This document shows, in pieces, positions 15,502 through 31,463 of a stretch of DNA of 64,000 bases. Numbering within the stretch: position 1 is the stretch's first letter; each line of letters starts with the position of its first letter. The position numbers were made by a program, and so were the translations under genes. Source of the DNA: Lingula anatina (lineage: Eukaryota > Animalia > Brachiopoda). The stretch covers positions 11,384,651 through 11,448,650 of the forward strand of contig CM120647.1 in the NCBI GenBank assembly GCA_051362555.1, given 5' to 3'. The notes beneath the pieces are model-generated. The model saw only the letters and a list, made by a program, of their open reading frames with translations, was not told the DNA's origin and made no database searches.

Positions 15502-17088
15502 TGTCAGAGTCCGAGACAGCTGTCAGGCAATCACAAGTCAAAAACAAGAAAACATTTCAATAACAGCTAAACATGGGTGGAATTTAAGAGTCATTCAAGT
15601 CAACTTTATTAAGCAAGCAAACAATCTAATTGGCAACACCCTTCCCCCCCAAAAAAAACTTAATAAACACAATATCCCAAACATTAACGTCAAAACAACA
15701 AAAACGCACATTTAAACGAGAACTGAAACAGGAAAAATAACTGCAAAACAGAAATAAAGAAGGACAGTTAATTATTTAGGGACAGCTGCACCAGTATCTG
15801 GTGGTAAATTATTAGTAAAAACACAAACCATGGTTAGATGTTAGGTTAAGTAGTGAATAGCTGTAGGAAAGATCTACATACCTTATATCAGTATCACAGT
15901 AGGCGGAGTAAAAGGCTCCAAACAGAATGTATCAGAAGATGAATAACTTAAGATAATTCTTGAGTAAACTCTCTCTGGTATAAAGTCTATCTTCTTGTCT
16001 CTTAAATATGTCTAATCTCTTGTTTAAAAATATCTTGTCGTCGTTGGGTGGTGTCTGTCCTCTCTTGTCAATAAATTCTTATTTCTTACGCGAATTTCAG
16101 TTGTTTGTTTCTTGAAAAAGTCCTTGTAAATATCACTCGTTGTAAATTACAGTTCTAGTAAATTTCAAATTCCTGTTAATTTCAATTCCTTCAGTCTGAG
16201 ATCGCGTAGAGTACGGAATGGCGCGAGTAAGCACGTGTATGTAGTCTTTAAAGTTTCTCTCACAAATGTGGTATACTCCTCGACAGTTGGTCGAGCCATT
16301 TATATACCACTTGATGGCCCGTTCCCTACTGGCGTTTTCGTAGATGATGAATGCATTAGCTCAGAAAACCCACAAGGAACACTTAAGCGTCTCTTCCTGA
16401 GGAACAGCAGTCTACCCGCAGTGGCTGTATAGACGTAAATTACGTCTGCACAGCGCAACACGCGCTGATCTTAAGTGAATTTCGCAACCAGGGGCAGGTT
16501 GTCTTGCGCACGTAGCACTTTCAAGGCCCCTCCCTCATTTTTCGACCAAAAGGAGAGCCAGGCTGCGGCTAAATTCTATTACATGATATAATAAAATTTT
16601 GAGGACATGATCAGGCTCCGGGAGTCGAATTAGGGGTCCAGATTATTGTCCTTCCTTAAGCGTCCGTTTATTTTAATACATATAGCTTATTTCCTCATAA
16701 AACAAATAGATTTGATTATCTGATCATAATGGTATAAGGGTCTGCGTCAGGAAAATTGCATACGGGCGATCCGACCGTCTTATAATTTTTTTGAAATCAC
16801 CGAAAAGAAAACAACATTTCGGATCAACAGTTTGTTTATAAACATGCCGCTCGGGAGTATAAAAAATGAGAATACACGCACAGCCGTCTCTTTACTTAAA
16901 ATGCTGTGGACGGAATGACCCCATTTTCACCACGGGTCCCCTTAAAGGTTGAACACAAATGCAGTCTTAAACACACAAAGTATGACCGCTTGCCCTTGAC
17001 GTGCGCTGGAGACCCACTTAATTCTCGAGATGATGACATAGATTAAACTAAGACACGTGTACCTAACGCAATCAAAAATCACCTGACA
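15502..17088 (-). mobile_element. Probable solo LTR (Ty3/Gypsy-like)
   Basis: Termini TGTCAG...CTGACA flanked by the 4-bp direct repeat AACT (15498-15501, 17089-17092). On the minus strand TATATAAA (16299-16306) lies upstream of AATAAA (15605-15610), the U3-R-U5 order. No coding region. Confidence 0.6.
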
Positions 17089-20000
17089 AACTCGTGTTCT
17101 GCTAGCACTCTCTCAGTGTAGCAGTATTTACTAACAGCATGTCGAAAGGAGCTATCTACACGTATCTCCAACAACTCGCTGTTCAAACATGGCTCGAGAT
17201 GGCGAATGCTGGATTGCACGTACATAGCGCGCCGTGCTCAATGTCACATACCGGGAACCAGAAACAGTAACTTTCCACTCAGAGTGTCTTAACTGAAACT
17301 TTACAGTGGATTCCGATAAAAAAAACCTGGATAATTTCAGGGATGACAACTCCGCATATATTGGTCACTTATTTGTCTCCCATTTCTTATTTTTTTCCCT
17401 CTTCGGACAAACGCTCGCCTCCTGTTTTTTTTTTAAGAAGAGATATTTCTATCATCGTTCAGGGTGAACAGAAGAGCGGCGATCTATGAGGGCAGTAGTA
17501 TGATATTACTTCATCAGCTGTGTGGACGCAGCAGGTGGTCGAATAGTTACTTCGATCATCTAAATTTTGATTTAATGTTCTCCTGTATTTAACTGTCCGT
17601 CGAGTTACTTTCTATTTCACCTTCTTCTTCTTCTCATTTACGCTGCTGACCGATCAAACTTACAAAAAGCGTTGCATTTGAAAGACAGACTAACCCTACC
17701 TTTGAAATGTTTCACGTGCGTGTGTTTACGTGCGTAGCTGCGCGTGTGCGTGTTTGTGTGGAAGGGGCGAGAAGGGGATACCTTATTTCTTAATCCAAGT
17801 TCTCCGAACAGACGCACACATATAAATGCACTGCAGGATCTCGGAATAAAGACTTTGCCGCGCTCAATGTCAGCGTTATTTTCTCAGGTCCACAAAAATT
17901 CTTTCGGGAATTTTTCTCCCCCTGTTCGACTTCAGTCTACCACAAGTTTCGTGATGAGTTTCACATAGATAGCTGCACTGTTTTACCATAGAGAAGTGGA
18001 ACTTAAATGAAGCAATATTTTTTTGCTTGGGAAACAATCTTTGCGTCAAACTTTTCTGTCACAACGAATCTTTCACCATTTCCTTTATGTGCATATATAT
18101 TGGCACTCCTTTTAAAAAAAATAAATAAATAAATAAATAAATAGATAAATAAATTAATAAATAGATAAATAAATTAATTAATTAACTTAAAAAAGAAAAA
18201 AACTAAATCTCTTAAGAATCAATCTTAAATATTTATCCAAAATTGATATCTCATCTGAAAAAGCGAGTCGTAACTTTATTTCACAGTAAATTAATCTATT
18301 TATTAGCTGACTTAGGTGAGAGATTAATCAATACGCAAATATTATTTCTACACACGCAAATGCTCATTTAAGACAATCATCAAAAGAGTTAAACGCGGTG
18401 CATTGATTAAAATGTTTTAAGAAAAGGGCACACAACAGTATATTAAGTTGAAGGAAGGAATGAAGAAAGGAAGGAAGAGTTGCCATAGTAAACCATAAAC
18501 TTGCATGAAAAATTGGAGCAAAAATTTCATTTCACGTTCTGTTTATATTGTACCTCATCTCCTCCTGGTCTCTTGGTATCAGCAACATGCCAATGTTTCG
18601 AATTTTAATTTCGCATTGCCAATCAAATGTAGTCTGTGATACTCGGTTCTTTGCATAATGCCCAAATTTCCGAAGAAAAAAAGAGCAAAAAAAGGAATAA
18701 GCTGGTATAAGAACAGCTTTACTGAACATAACGGCAGCTGCGCCGGTCAAGAAAGACATCTTTTTGTGTTTTCAATGAGTATTAATATTTGTGTTTGGTC
18801 TAGTGTAAAGGCAGATGTTCAGCCCTTTATCGCATTGTTCTGGAATGTAACAAAGGACTACACGCTATCTGTACCAAAATATCTGAAATGTTTTCTTGTG
18901 CTAGTGGTTGTATTAGTAGCTAGAATTGAAACTGTTTATTTCAAATGTTTCTTAACAGAGATCAGAAATAGATCTAGATAGACATCGAAATATTGGAGGT
19001 AAACAACAATTTCAATACTATCAGTTTATTAAAGAAAGTATAGAATATAAACTGCTTTTTTAGCTGATGAAACCCAAGTTTCTAACCAACTTGAAACGGG
19101 TTAAAAACTGTAGATTTATGGGTATCAGAAAAAATTGACATCTACATTACTGAAAAATTATTGGGGACCCCTGAAAAATTCATGTATTGTTATTTTTTTT
19201 CTTTTTGCGCCATAATAATTCAAAAGGTCTCCAAGAACCAAACTGTGGTGAGGTCGTGGAATAATCTAAAACATGAGACATTGGGACAGTGAAACGCGAC
19301 GAAACTCACGTAAGACCATTTTTTCCTTGCCATTTGTGAACATTTATGGGTCAATTAATGTTGCAAGGAAAGATAAATAAAGAGGAAAAAGTGAAATAAA
19401 GAGGGGAAAGAAAGAAAACTTTAAAAGGGAAGAAAGAAAAATGAATTTGTAAAAGGAAAAAGAAAAGAAAAAACATGAAATGGGATGAAGAATCAAAGAA
19501 AAAAGAAAAGAATTAAGAAAAGATAGTAAATGAGACAAACCGCAATTAACCACATATGAACACTGCAAAAATTAATTAGAATTTAAAGGAATTGAAGGTT
19601 GCGTGTGCGACGGAAATTGGTTTGGCGGGACTCAGTCGCAGACGACAAGATGCGCAGACAAGATGCGCAGCCCCTGCACTGTGGCACAGCAGTGGAAAAC
19701 AAAACATGTGTTTTAACTGGTTACTGGTAATTTCACCCTTTTAAATGTCAAAAATTATTTGAGAAAAAATTGTTAGGGTGTTTGAATAAAGGATCCTTGC
19801 CGTGATAATTGAATGAGTAGACGTTGGCTGTGTTAAGAACTCCCAACTCACCAAACTAGGGTTGCATGCAGTGTTCGGCACATGGCCGTCTGCCAGGGGC
19901 ATCGATTTGCAGCTGATGACGTCTCTCACTGTCCAGTTTCATACATGTATAAACGTAAGCAGGAATGGAAATGGGGTAAATTCGTGACAGAGAGAGCGCA

Positions 20001-22423
20001 TATCGTTGAACTTAGGATCGGGATGTTGAAAAAGCGCCTCTTGAAGTCTTCATAACCTCAAGGCTGCGCGTACAAGAACAGCAGCTACCATTGTGACATT
20101 CTGTCACTCTGTTTACGCCATGCGCTACGCCAACATAAGAAAATTCCCCCCGGACCAGCCGTGAACTTTGACCTTCTATCTCTCTGACGTCATCACGGCG
20201 AGATTCGTGTGTAAAAAAGGTTCAACAGGTGCAGGCTATCATCTTATTTATTTCTTTATCTCTTCGCATACTTTATAACACCATATCTTGTTTGTATTTG
20301 CATAGTCATCGATATCGTTAATTAAAAGAACTGGTTTTCAGCGACGATTTCGATGTAAGTCATGTGCTTAAATATTTGGATAAGATGGTGGTAGAAATGT
20401 AGACAAACAATATGCTTTCTTTGTTTGATGTATTTGTTTGTATATTTAGATATTGCTCTTAAGTAAGTTCTTAAATAAGCTTTTTTGCATTCTTTGTTTA
20501 TATATCTATACGAAAAGATGCTGAATATTAGAAAATTACTAAGAATATGCTGCATTTGTTTTGTTTCTTTCTTCTTTGTGCATCTACATGTAGATGCTTT
20601 TTATGTATAAGAGGAGTTATTCAACACTGATAACAATTAAAAAAATATCCACAGATCACAAATGTGGACCACATGCTTTTTTGGTCCTCATCCGTTTCAG
20701 TGCAAACAGAAATACCGAAAAAAGTAGAAAATAACGATATGTGCCACGGGTCGTTTTCAATATTTGCTTAAAACTCAAATTGGAATTAAACCACGTTCTT
20801 GCGATTTTGCCTTTAATGGTGAGGAGTAAAAATATTGTAACGATAAAACGTGGGCTTCAGACACTGCTACATGTACTACCATTATGTCAGTGAATTCCTG
20901 ACGTACATTCATCATACTCACCACACATATTTTTACCTTTCTGGTAGTTTATAAGCCAATTTGTTATAAACTAGTTCACACTCAAGGCTAATCGTTTAAT
21001 AAATAACTTTGCAACGTTTTTTTTTTTTTTTTTTTTTTTTTTTTGAGCAACATGTGTTTCGGAAATAAATTTCAAAATTCCCGGAGAAACGCTCAATCCC
21101 GGCTGGGCTATCTGGAGACCCCAGTCTACTGGCGCTTGTTTAGGGATTTTCACAGACGTTCCTTCTCCTTCCCCCCCTCCCATTCCATTACCCCGGGGAG
21201 TCTCCGAGTCTCAGCTCTTACTGGAAACTCCCCTCCATTGCTACATGTACAGTGTAACCACTTGGCTGTAGTTTTCTAAATGCCATCTTTACTTTAATGT
21301 AATCTGCCCCCCCCCCCCCCACCCTGCCGTCTTGATTTCACCCTGGGTTGCTGAAGATGCCGAATACTAGACTAATCTACCAGACTGTATTAGTTTGGCC
21401 CTGGTAGACACCTCTGAACTCAGGGTACTCTGCTAATGTATATTATACTAGGTATTGATTTTATCTACTTGAAAAACAGTATTTTAGTCCTCAAATTGTG
21501 ATAAAGAAACGGCTGGGACCACATATCATCCCAAACTGATGGACTTGTTGCAATGAATTTTTACTTAAAATTGCATGTCCATGGTTTTCCCTCAGTATGT
21601 ACAAGGAGTTTTACATTTTGTTAGAGCTCCTTGGTATGTATAACAAAATATGTCAACTTTCTAATTAGGTTTAGTATAGTTCTAAAGACTTCGTAGAATG
21701 TATCGCTCGCGTCAATGTAATTGGTTCTGTGTTTATTTAATCGGAGTTCTTTTTTTCTAAACAAGTATGTTTTTTTTCTCATCAAGGGGTTCTGCCAAGA
21801 ACTAGATGCACTAAGTCATATGTACTTTGCTCTTATTATTTTACATTCCCCTCTCAGACACGTACCTTACAGGGACGCAAACAGATGCTTGGAAGCGGAG
21901 GGTGGGGGAGTCTTCAGAAGATAACAGCAGCAGTCTTTGTAAAGACCTTCGTTAAATGTTTTTTTAAATATCTGTATTGGGGGGGGGGGGGTGAGAGGGA
22001 GCTGCTTTTCTCTTTCCCCTTCTCCCCATCCGCAACCTCCACTATTGCCTTACACTGAGAATATCTTTAAATAAATCCAATCAAGTACTAGTAGCACGAT
22101 GCGTGCAATTGTTTTGTCTAGAGAAATCAGATAGAAACTGAGGGGTGACAGCGTGCGTTGTTCTGGTAGCTCTGCTGAATTAAACCGATGGTGGAAAATA
22201 TCTTGAAATAAAAACAGCGCCATCTGTTTAATTAATACAACGAAGTTAGCTAAAATAAACCGTAACAGCTGATTGCAGATACAATTGCTATAAAAAAAGT
22301 TGAAATATGAGAAAAAGGTGAATTTTTTGACTTGTTGACTTCACCGCAGAACACCCAAGGCCAATAGAATCGCTTTTCTTCAGATTTTAGTTTTGTCATG
22401 ATAGAGGGTAAAAGAGTATGTGC

Positions 22424-23959
<1,536 letters not shown>

Positions 23960-26563
23960 TATTATTGATGTTCGCTTCGTACGACCTAATACTGTTTTTG
24001 TTCTGTCTATTGTCATTCTATTGTGTTCATCTGTATTTTATGAGACTTGAGCCTTGTCTGCGGCTATTGTATAGAACACAGTGTCCGTGGATATGCTCAC
24101 GTAACAAAAGCCAGAGAAATAAATTTATTGATTTCTCTTTCGGTGGCTGACCCGAAAAGGGGGGGGGGGCAGGGGGCTCTCCTTATATTAGACTGTACAC
24201 GTAACCACTTTTTCTCCTTCACACAAACAGTGTGTCAGGAGCAAGGAAAATCAAAGAATATTGCAATCAAATGCCCTAGTTCTCTATTACTACCGAACGA
24301 CGCAAAACACCCCAGATCTTGCGCTGATTTCATAAGGTATTCATCAAATATAGTGTCATATAAAATTATCACCCGAGTCAATTATCAACTTTTGCATTAT
24401 GAAACCGACCCTTGTACACTGCAGAACATTCTGTACGCTTTTTCCGCGTCACCTAAAAGCGTTTCATAATCTATTATGAAAATGTGCACTAAAAACCTTT
24501 CTGTACTTTTTGCCGCATTTCACAAAACCCTGGGCTAAATCTTAAAATTAACAATTAGTCGTTCACAGTGAAGAGAACGGGCAGACTTAAAAAAAAAACA
24601 CTGTCCAAGTTTGACATTTGACAGCGAACAAAGCATGAGTCCCAAGAGCTTGTTTTTTATGCTTTTAAAAGGGGAGGCTTACATTGTACATTTTCAGTCT
24701 GGATGATATAGGATAACCTAGGTTTGTCTAGCTTAATTAGGAGTGTGTGTGCATCTGATAGTCCGGTGCAAGACAACAAAGAAAAATAAATAAATAAATA
24801 AATAAATAGATATTGTAAACAACCGAGACTCTTTTTTGTCAACCATGTCATTTCGGAAAATGTTCTATCTTCACCGTGCTAACTCGACCAAAGTCCAGCG
24901 TTCATGGACAAATGTTAATTTAGAAGCACATGAATTCTGCGCCCTGACTCGCCTGTATTCCATGCCATTTACATTAAGACCGAAAGAATGCCAAACTTTT
25001 CTCTCCAGCACGTGCATGAGGTCAGACACTCTAGTTGGCAAGGAAGGCTATGCTGTTAAGCACGTACGTGTATATTACATAGGCCCTTCTTCAATGGGAG
25101 ACGTCTCTCACAAAATGGCACGAAGTCTCGCGAATTAGCGCGGAATCAATCGAGACTTTGCGGGTTTTGGTTTGAGAGTGAGCTTTGAAAGAAGAATATG
25201 TTTAATATCGTGCGTTGGTTTGGTTGGCTGAATGTCTTAGTTGTAACGATTTCCAAAATAATAAATAAATAAATAAATAAACAAACTTCTCAAAATAACA
25301 CGATTCAGTCCTGCCCATGAGGAGGTAGTTTGATAAAGCAGTGGTCTCTCTCTCTTAATGTACAATAGTACCAATTTACCATATTTTGAATGCCACTGAA
25401 ATATTACTTATTGATCGCAATGAGGGATTAACCCCACTACACGCATTTTCTAACATCTTTTCTAATCTGGAGTGACGTCACACACTTCCCGCACAGGCGA
25501 GTCCGGATCACTGTCTCAATCTCAAATGGAGATAAGCGACTAAGCGCATAAAAGATTATTTTTGATGATTAAAATCAATAATATATGATTTTTTCCGTTA
25601 GCAATATTTTCAACTAAAGTTCTTAATGTCTGGTCCTGCCATAGTCATGTTAAACTACAGAGTATTTTTGAACTTACTATCGACTACGATGAATCTTTTT
25701 TATACAAAATACGTCATGGGATGCAAAAATTATGCTCAATATTCACTTTATAAATAAATGATCTGTGAATGAAATGCACGAATTGCGTCAGCATTCAACT
25801 TGTTAGAATAGGATAATCACACCTGTAATTTCGTCGGCGCTTCCTACCTTGGCAGGTGTGTGTTCTGCTGCAAAACAACTTTCCAAAGGTATTCTGCGAC
25901 CACAAATGTAGCTACATGTAGCTGCCACAGTCTCTCCCTCCCCTCTCTCTTTCTCTCTCTCTCTCAAAACGCCCAGCCCAGTTTCACCCAATGAACGCAG
26001 GCTGCACTTCTTAATACAAATTCAAATATCCCCATCTCCCATTTAGTCCGAAAGCAAAATATTATACCTACGAAAAAAAAAAAAAAAAAAAAAAAAAAAA
26101 GAAAACGACACCGTGTCGACACAATGAACCCCCCTTCCTAAGCAAAAGTGCATCAACCCATACAAAGCTCACTTCCTAACAGACGGTTAACTAAACTAAG
26201 GTTCAACCTTTCATTTGGAATTTGACAAATATCTTGGAAGGCTGTTTAAGGTTACAGGGACACACGTAAAGTGTCCTGGGATATTTAAAAGGCGTTGACG
26301 TGTCCTTCAGCCTGACCCTGTCAACAGTGTATATCTGGCTGCTTACCACAGGAATAGAAACAGCAGCAAGCGACGTAAGAGGGCGGGGCTAACGTAAGTG
26401 GGCGGGGCTATGGAATAACAGCAGTAGACCAAGGACGTCTATTGAATGGTGTCCTTGAGTAGCTGTAGGACGAATATCGTGAATATATTTATAACTTCTG
26501 ATTTTATATTGCGTGCTGCATCCTGTCGCTATTACACTTGAACATCAGACCTTTTACACAGAA

Positions 26564-27110
26564 TAGCCTCAGATCTGTGAGCACGAAAGCCCAAAGTAAC
26601 AACTAGAAGCAAGATTTTGTGGCAAAACCGTAAAAACAGCAGCTACTAGCACTTCGTTAGCGGGTACAAACACGAACCGTAAATCCCCTTACCTACCGGT
26701 ATGTTGCGTACATGTATGTGTAAGAGATTGTCGAAAGTGCATTACTGACGTATTAATAACACAATAATATTTGTGATCATGTCTCAATTTATATTTTTGT
26801 CCTATTTGACGTCAAGAATCATTCGTTTTTCGTCAGAAAAGTAGAAAGAAAATAATAAAGTAGAAAGAAAATAATTTGTCACTTAATTTGTCGACTTGGA
26901 ATATCCGAAAACTCAACAGCACACTTTCTTGTTAAAAATATTTCGAGATTGAGAAAAAAAAACGTGTATAGCTAGAGACCTGGATGAAAGTTGGCCAAAT
27001 AGTTCGTGCTTTTTGATGCTGTGGTTCGTGGCTTCTAATTTTACGATCGTGCCATGATATCGTGGTGTGAGTCGTTCATTTGGGCATTCGTGCTCACAAA
27101 TCTGAGGTTA
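26564..27110. mobile_element. MITE of about 550 bp with imperfect TIRs of about 32 bp
   Basis: tagcctcagatctgtgagcacgaaagcccaaa versus reverse complement of right end taacctcagatttgtgagcacgaatgcccaaa; no TSD recognised. Confidence 0.75.
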
Positions 27111-28075
27111 GTTATTGAAAACGGAAATTTTCATTTATGAGGCCCGAATATCATGTCTACATTCTTTACCAAGCGATATACTGGATATAATACACCATAA
27201 ACTACAGGGGGTGGATTATTAATTATTTCCTTTTAGTTTTCCCCTAAGATGCGGGGTAATTTGATTAAATTTGAATGACTTTTATAATAGCACCTTGAAC
27301 CATTGTTGTTAGTAAATTGGGCACGGAATATTATACTGTACATGCCAAGGATTCGACTCCAAGACCATCAGTGAAGACCGATTAAAAATTAAAGACTGGT
27401 TAAAAAAGGTTTTGCGAAGTTCTTTGGTATGGCGAATCGTTAGCAGTAAATACGTAGATTTATCTTTTAGGATTGAATGACACATTCCACCCTTTCGTTT
27501 TTCAATCAACAAACGTAACAGTGAACATTTTAGAAACATATTAGAAACTGTACAATATACTGTATTGAAACCATTTTAATATGCACATTAATTATAAGAT
27601 ATTTTCACTGCTGAAATGTGTTTTCACAGAAACAACATAAGGTATCAATTCTAGATCAAGCGTTCTATTTAATATGCCATGAACCACTGAGGAAGGGTTA
27701 TCAATAATTTCATATTTATTTTGTCTCAAAATCCGTGGTAATGTGATTTGAATTGAGAGGTAATGAACAGTGCATGTGACCATTAATTACACGTGTTCGT
27801 TTAATGAACATGCAATTATGTACGTGCCAAGGTTTCAAATATGAGACCGTCAGCGAAGACCGTTTAGAGAGAGAAACCAATTCAAAGGGTCACTCCACAA
27901 AAAAGTGAACATTAGGGTTGTCCGTTACACGCATTTTGTGGAATGATTGCAGATCCGTTTTATCAGTTTTCAATCCCTGTTGATTTCTTTCCATGTTGGA
28001 GGGTACATGTACTATAGTACATAACGGCGAAAATAATGGAGCGAAGTAAAATTATGCAAATGCTGCACATATCAC

Positions 28076-28288
28076 CAGGGGCGGATCCAGGATTATTTGA
28101 AGGGGGGGGGGGGGGGGGCGTCCGCGTGGCATTTCGATATTTGAATTTTGAACGGTGCTATTTAAGAACTATGATTCAGCTAGTCAAAATTCTTATTTCG
28201 AGAGGGGACTATTGGTGTGATATTTTTTTCAGAAATCGAAGGGGGGGGGGGGGTCAGGACCCCCCTGACCCCTCTAAATCCACCTCTG
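28076..28288 (+). mobile_element. MITE family A, best-preserved copy (hAT-like termini)
   Basis: caggggcggat...atccacctctg termini; flanks tatcac/catcac fit a 6-bp TSD with one mismatch; related copies elsewhere in the window. Confidence 0.8.
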
Positions 28289-30526
28289 CATCACTGTCTA
28301 ATGTGACTTAATTTTTCTCTTTTTTGTAGAATGACTCATACCAGGTGGAAAAAAGAACTTAATATTCCAGATAAAAATACTTAAACCCCCTGTGTATAAT
28401 CTAGGCATCTCTTACAGAAGTGGCCACCTTGCAGGGAATTCTGGGATTACCAGTTCGCACACTGTGTATGTTTTTTTATTTTTTATTTTTTATTTTTTTT
28501 GTGCAAACCCTTGGATATGGCTTGTTAAAAGTGAAGTTTTTATTCAATTAAAATAAGATCTTTTTAAAGAATTTGTCCTTATTCTTACTACGACTATATA
28601 AAAAGCACGCAAAATGTATTATGATAATTTGGCATTTGAACATCTGATCTAACGCATACGTACAGTGTATCTCTATGATGTAACCAATGTCAACCCCCCA
28701 AAAACATACCATTTGGTTGATCTGGGATTAGACGTTGACGTCAAAGCATTTGATTTCATTATCATTAGTCAGCGTGTTAATGAATCCATTTAACCCTTAA
28801 AGCAAGGTAGAATTTCACGTTTTGTGTTAATATTTCGGAATACACTGTAATTCTCAAACAATGACTTCACATCAAATATGTGAGTGTTTGCAGTTACGCA
28901 GTAATAGTATTTAAGGAATATCGGACCGTTATAATGGCCTGTTTGCCAAATAAAAACTTTTCCGCAGTTTCTCTTAAATGAAATACTTATTTTCATATCA
29001 CTTTGGTAAAGATGGGCATTTTTAGAGCATAAATTCCCTTTTTGCTGCTTTATTTCCACCCCACTTAGTAAAGGATTGCCAAGCGATCATCGTCATTTTC
29101 GCTGCTTAGTAAATTGGAGAGGGATAGTGAACGTAGATAATTCTATAAAAGATGTATTATCATGAAAATTGCCATCGTTGACGACAAAGGTGGGAACCAA
29201 AATATGATTCTAGGTTGGTTTAAAATTGTTTTGCTTGAGAGAATATCCCAATGCATTATTTCGAATCTTTACAGCTAAGACCAGAGGTCATCAGTCTAAT
29301 AAGGTACAACAGATTGCAGTGCTTGTTGCCGTGATGGAATAGGCGTCAGACCAGTGCTGCCACCTGGTGAGGTAGCTCTGTTTGAAATCGATATCGCGGC
29401 CTTCGCTCCAAATTAAAAACTCTCCTGTTAGCACATTCACCCGATGTATCTTTGATGCGACGCCATAATTTTTCATAACATGACAGTGTTGATTTCCGCA
29501 TTATGCAAGAAAATAAGTAGGCCCCTAAAAATCATAACGCAGCAAGCCGCCTAAGCTCGTGATTACAAAATTGCCATCTCAGTCTGTGCAAGAAGTTATA
29601 ATGAGAAGGAGTAGAAACAAGGGGTTTCCTTTCATCCTATCCTCGTAACGGGCTTAATCCTAATAATTACCCAGCTTGTGGTCTTAGGGAGAGCTTGTGC
29701 CTAATACATATTCAAAAGACCATTCACGTGGGTTGCTTCAGCCAATTGGGATAAAGCCTCGCGAAGTCTCTAATAATCTCACAGAGAAAACATGGTGGGA
29801 TTACAGAAAGGTGTAGAGAGAGATTTCAAGCCTGGATGCAACCATTTCGGGAAATAAAACTCAAATTATGCAAGATACACCTTCATTTGATCTAGAGCCG
29901 ATCAGTTATACAAAATTTAGTTTCACATCAAGAATGTATGAGAACAATTTCACAAACCCACCTTCAACGCTAAAATTTGCACCTGTAGAAGTCTCATATT
30001 TATTTTAAATTATTTTTGTCGTGTAAAGGCGTGTAAAGGAAATTTACCTTCATCTAGGAATGACACATTCAATTCACAGCCGTGTACACAAAACAGTAGT
30101 ACTTGCAATTTCCGTATGCCAGCCTCGTTTCTTTCTTTTTTGGCACATTATTGCTTATATACCAGGTAGAGCTTAAACAGGAAAATTGGGGAAATGTAAA
30201 TAAGTTATTGCACTTAGTATGATTCTAAATGAAATTTCATCAATACATATTTTTGTTTATATCTTTGTCTATTACATGAGGCCAACTAATAGTAGACTGA
30301 TAGTTTAAATTCATTAGAAGAAAAAAACAAAGAAATATTTTTATTGATTGATATTGCTTTATTTCAACATTCGAGCAACTTGTATATTATCTAAAACAAA
30401 GTACCAGCAATGAAAATATATCAATATTGTTACACCCAACAGTGATTAAAGCAATACAAAAATGGTTAGTTTTTATTTTGATGTGGTGATTATTTTATTT
30501 TATACTTTAGACAATTAGCCAGTGAA

Positions 30527-30604
30527 CACTAAATTCCCTTTTAAAACTTGGACCACTAAATTCCCTTTTAAAACTTGGACCACTAAATTCCCTTTTAAAA
30601 CTTG
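30527..30604. repeat. 27-bp minisatellite x3 inside the P-like element
   Basis: cactaaattcccttttaaaacttggac repeated. Confidence 0.95.
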
Positions 30605-31320
30605 CACCTCTTGTGCACTATAGTTTAATATTAGTGGTGGTAAGAAAGCAGAGCCTTGTGCCTCATCAAGTTGCTGCTGGAAACAATCATTTTGACTGTT
30701 CAATTATGGCTACATGTACATCTGCCAGCAAAACTAAAGATCTTTCACCTGCATTCTCTTCAACCTGAAATGAGTAAGTGCGGAATTCATTACAAAATAT
30801 AACTCTATATCCTAAACGAAACTCTGCAAACATCATATTGCAATGAAAAATTGAAAAAAATTCCGAGAGTTCCCTGTCATCAAATTTTGGACCCACCATT
30901 TTGAAAAAGTCCCATGAAAAGTTGTTTATTTGAAATGATGTTTTTCATCTAAAGGATTGATTCATTTAATATCACAATGTTATATTGTAATGGTGCACGT
31001 GCTTAACTAACCAGAAAAACATAAATTATGTGCTTACACCACGTTAAAATTAGCAAAAATTGTCCCAAACTGTCACCCAACTGTCTCTAACCAATTTAGG
31101 GACCCGCCATTTTGAAAAAGTCGGATGAAAAGTTGTCTATTTGAAACGATGTTTTTCATCTAAAGAATTGACTCATTTAATATCACTATGATGTATTGTA
31201 ATGGTGCACGTGCTTAACTAACCAGAAAAACATAAATTATCTGCATACACCACGTTTAAATTACCAAAAATTGTCCCAAACTGTCACCCAACTGTCTCTA
31301 ACCAATAGAGTCTTTTCCAC

Positions 31321-31336
31321 GGTCACGTGACTTCCG
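31321..31336 (+). promoter_or_regulatory. Putative promoter of the YqaJ gene: palindromic E-box overlapping an ETS motif
   Basis: gGTCACGTGACttccg immediately inside the left TIR, about 130 bp upstream of the first in-frame ATG. Confidence 0.5.
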
Positions 31337-31463
31337 CTAAATTATCCGTGGGAACGCGAGATTTTGCGGGATTTGAAGTTTCAGGGGGATAGTGTGGAGT
31401 GTACACGACGGACGCCATATCGAGGAGTGCTCATTTCCATCTGAATTTTCAAAGTTTCGTAAC

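Noticed and set aside
27338-27385. tRNA or tRNA-derived SINE (ggattcgactcc resembles a T-loop/B box), with a diverged copy near 27820
   Set aside because: No cloverleaf or A box could be built; only a short diverged direct repeat is supported.
30527-30604. 27-bp repeats (and the 46559-46790 repeats) as a CRISPR-like array next to a nuclease gene
   Set aside because: Units are head-to-tail without unique spacers, there are no cas genes, and the context is eukaryotic.
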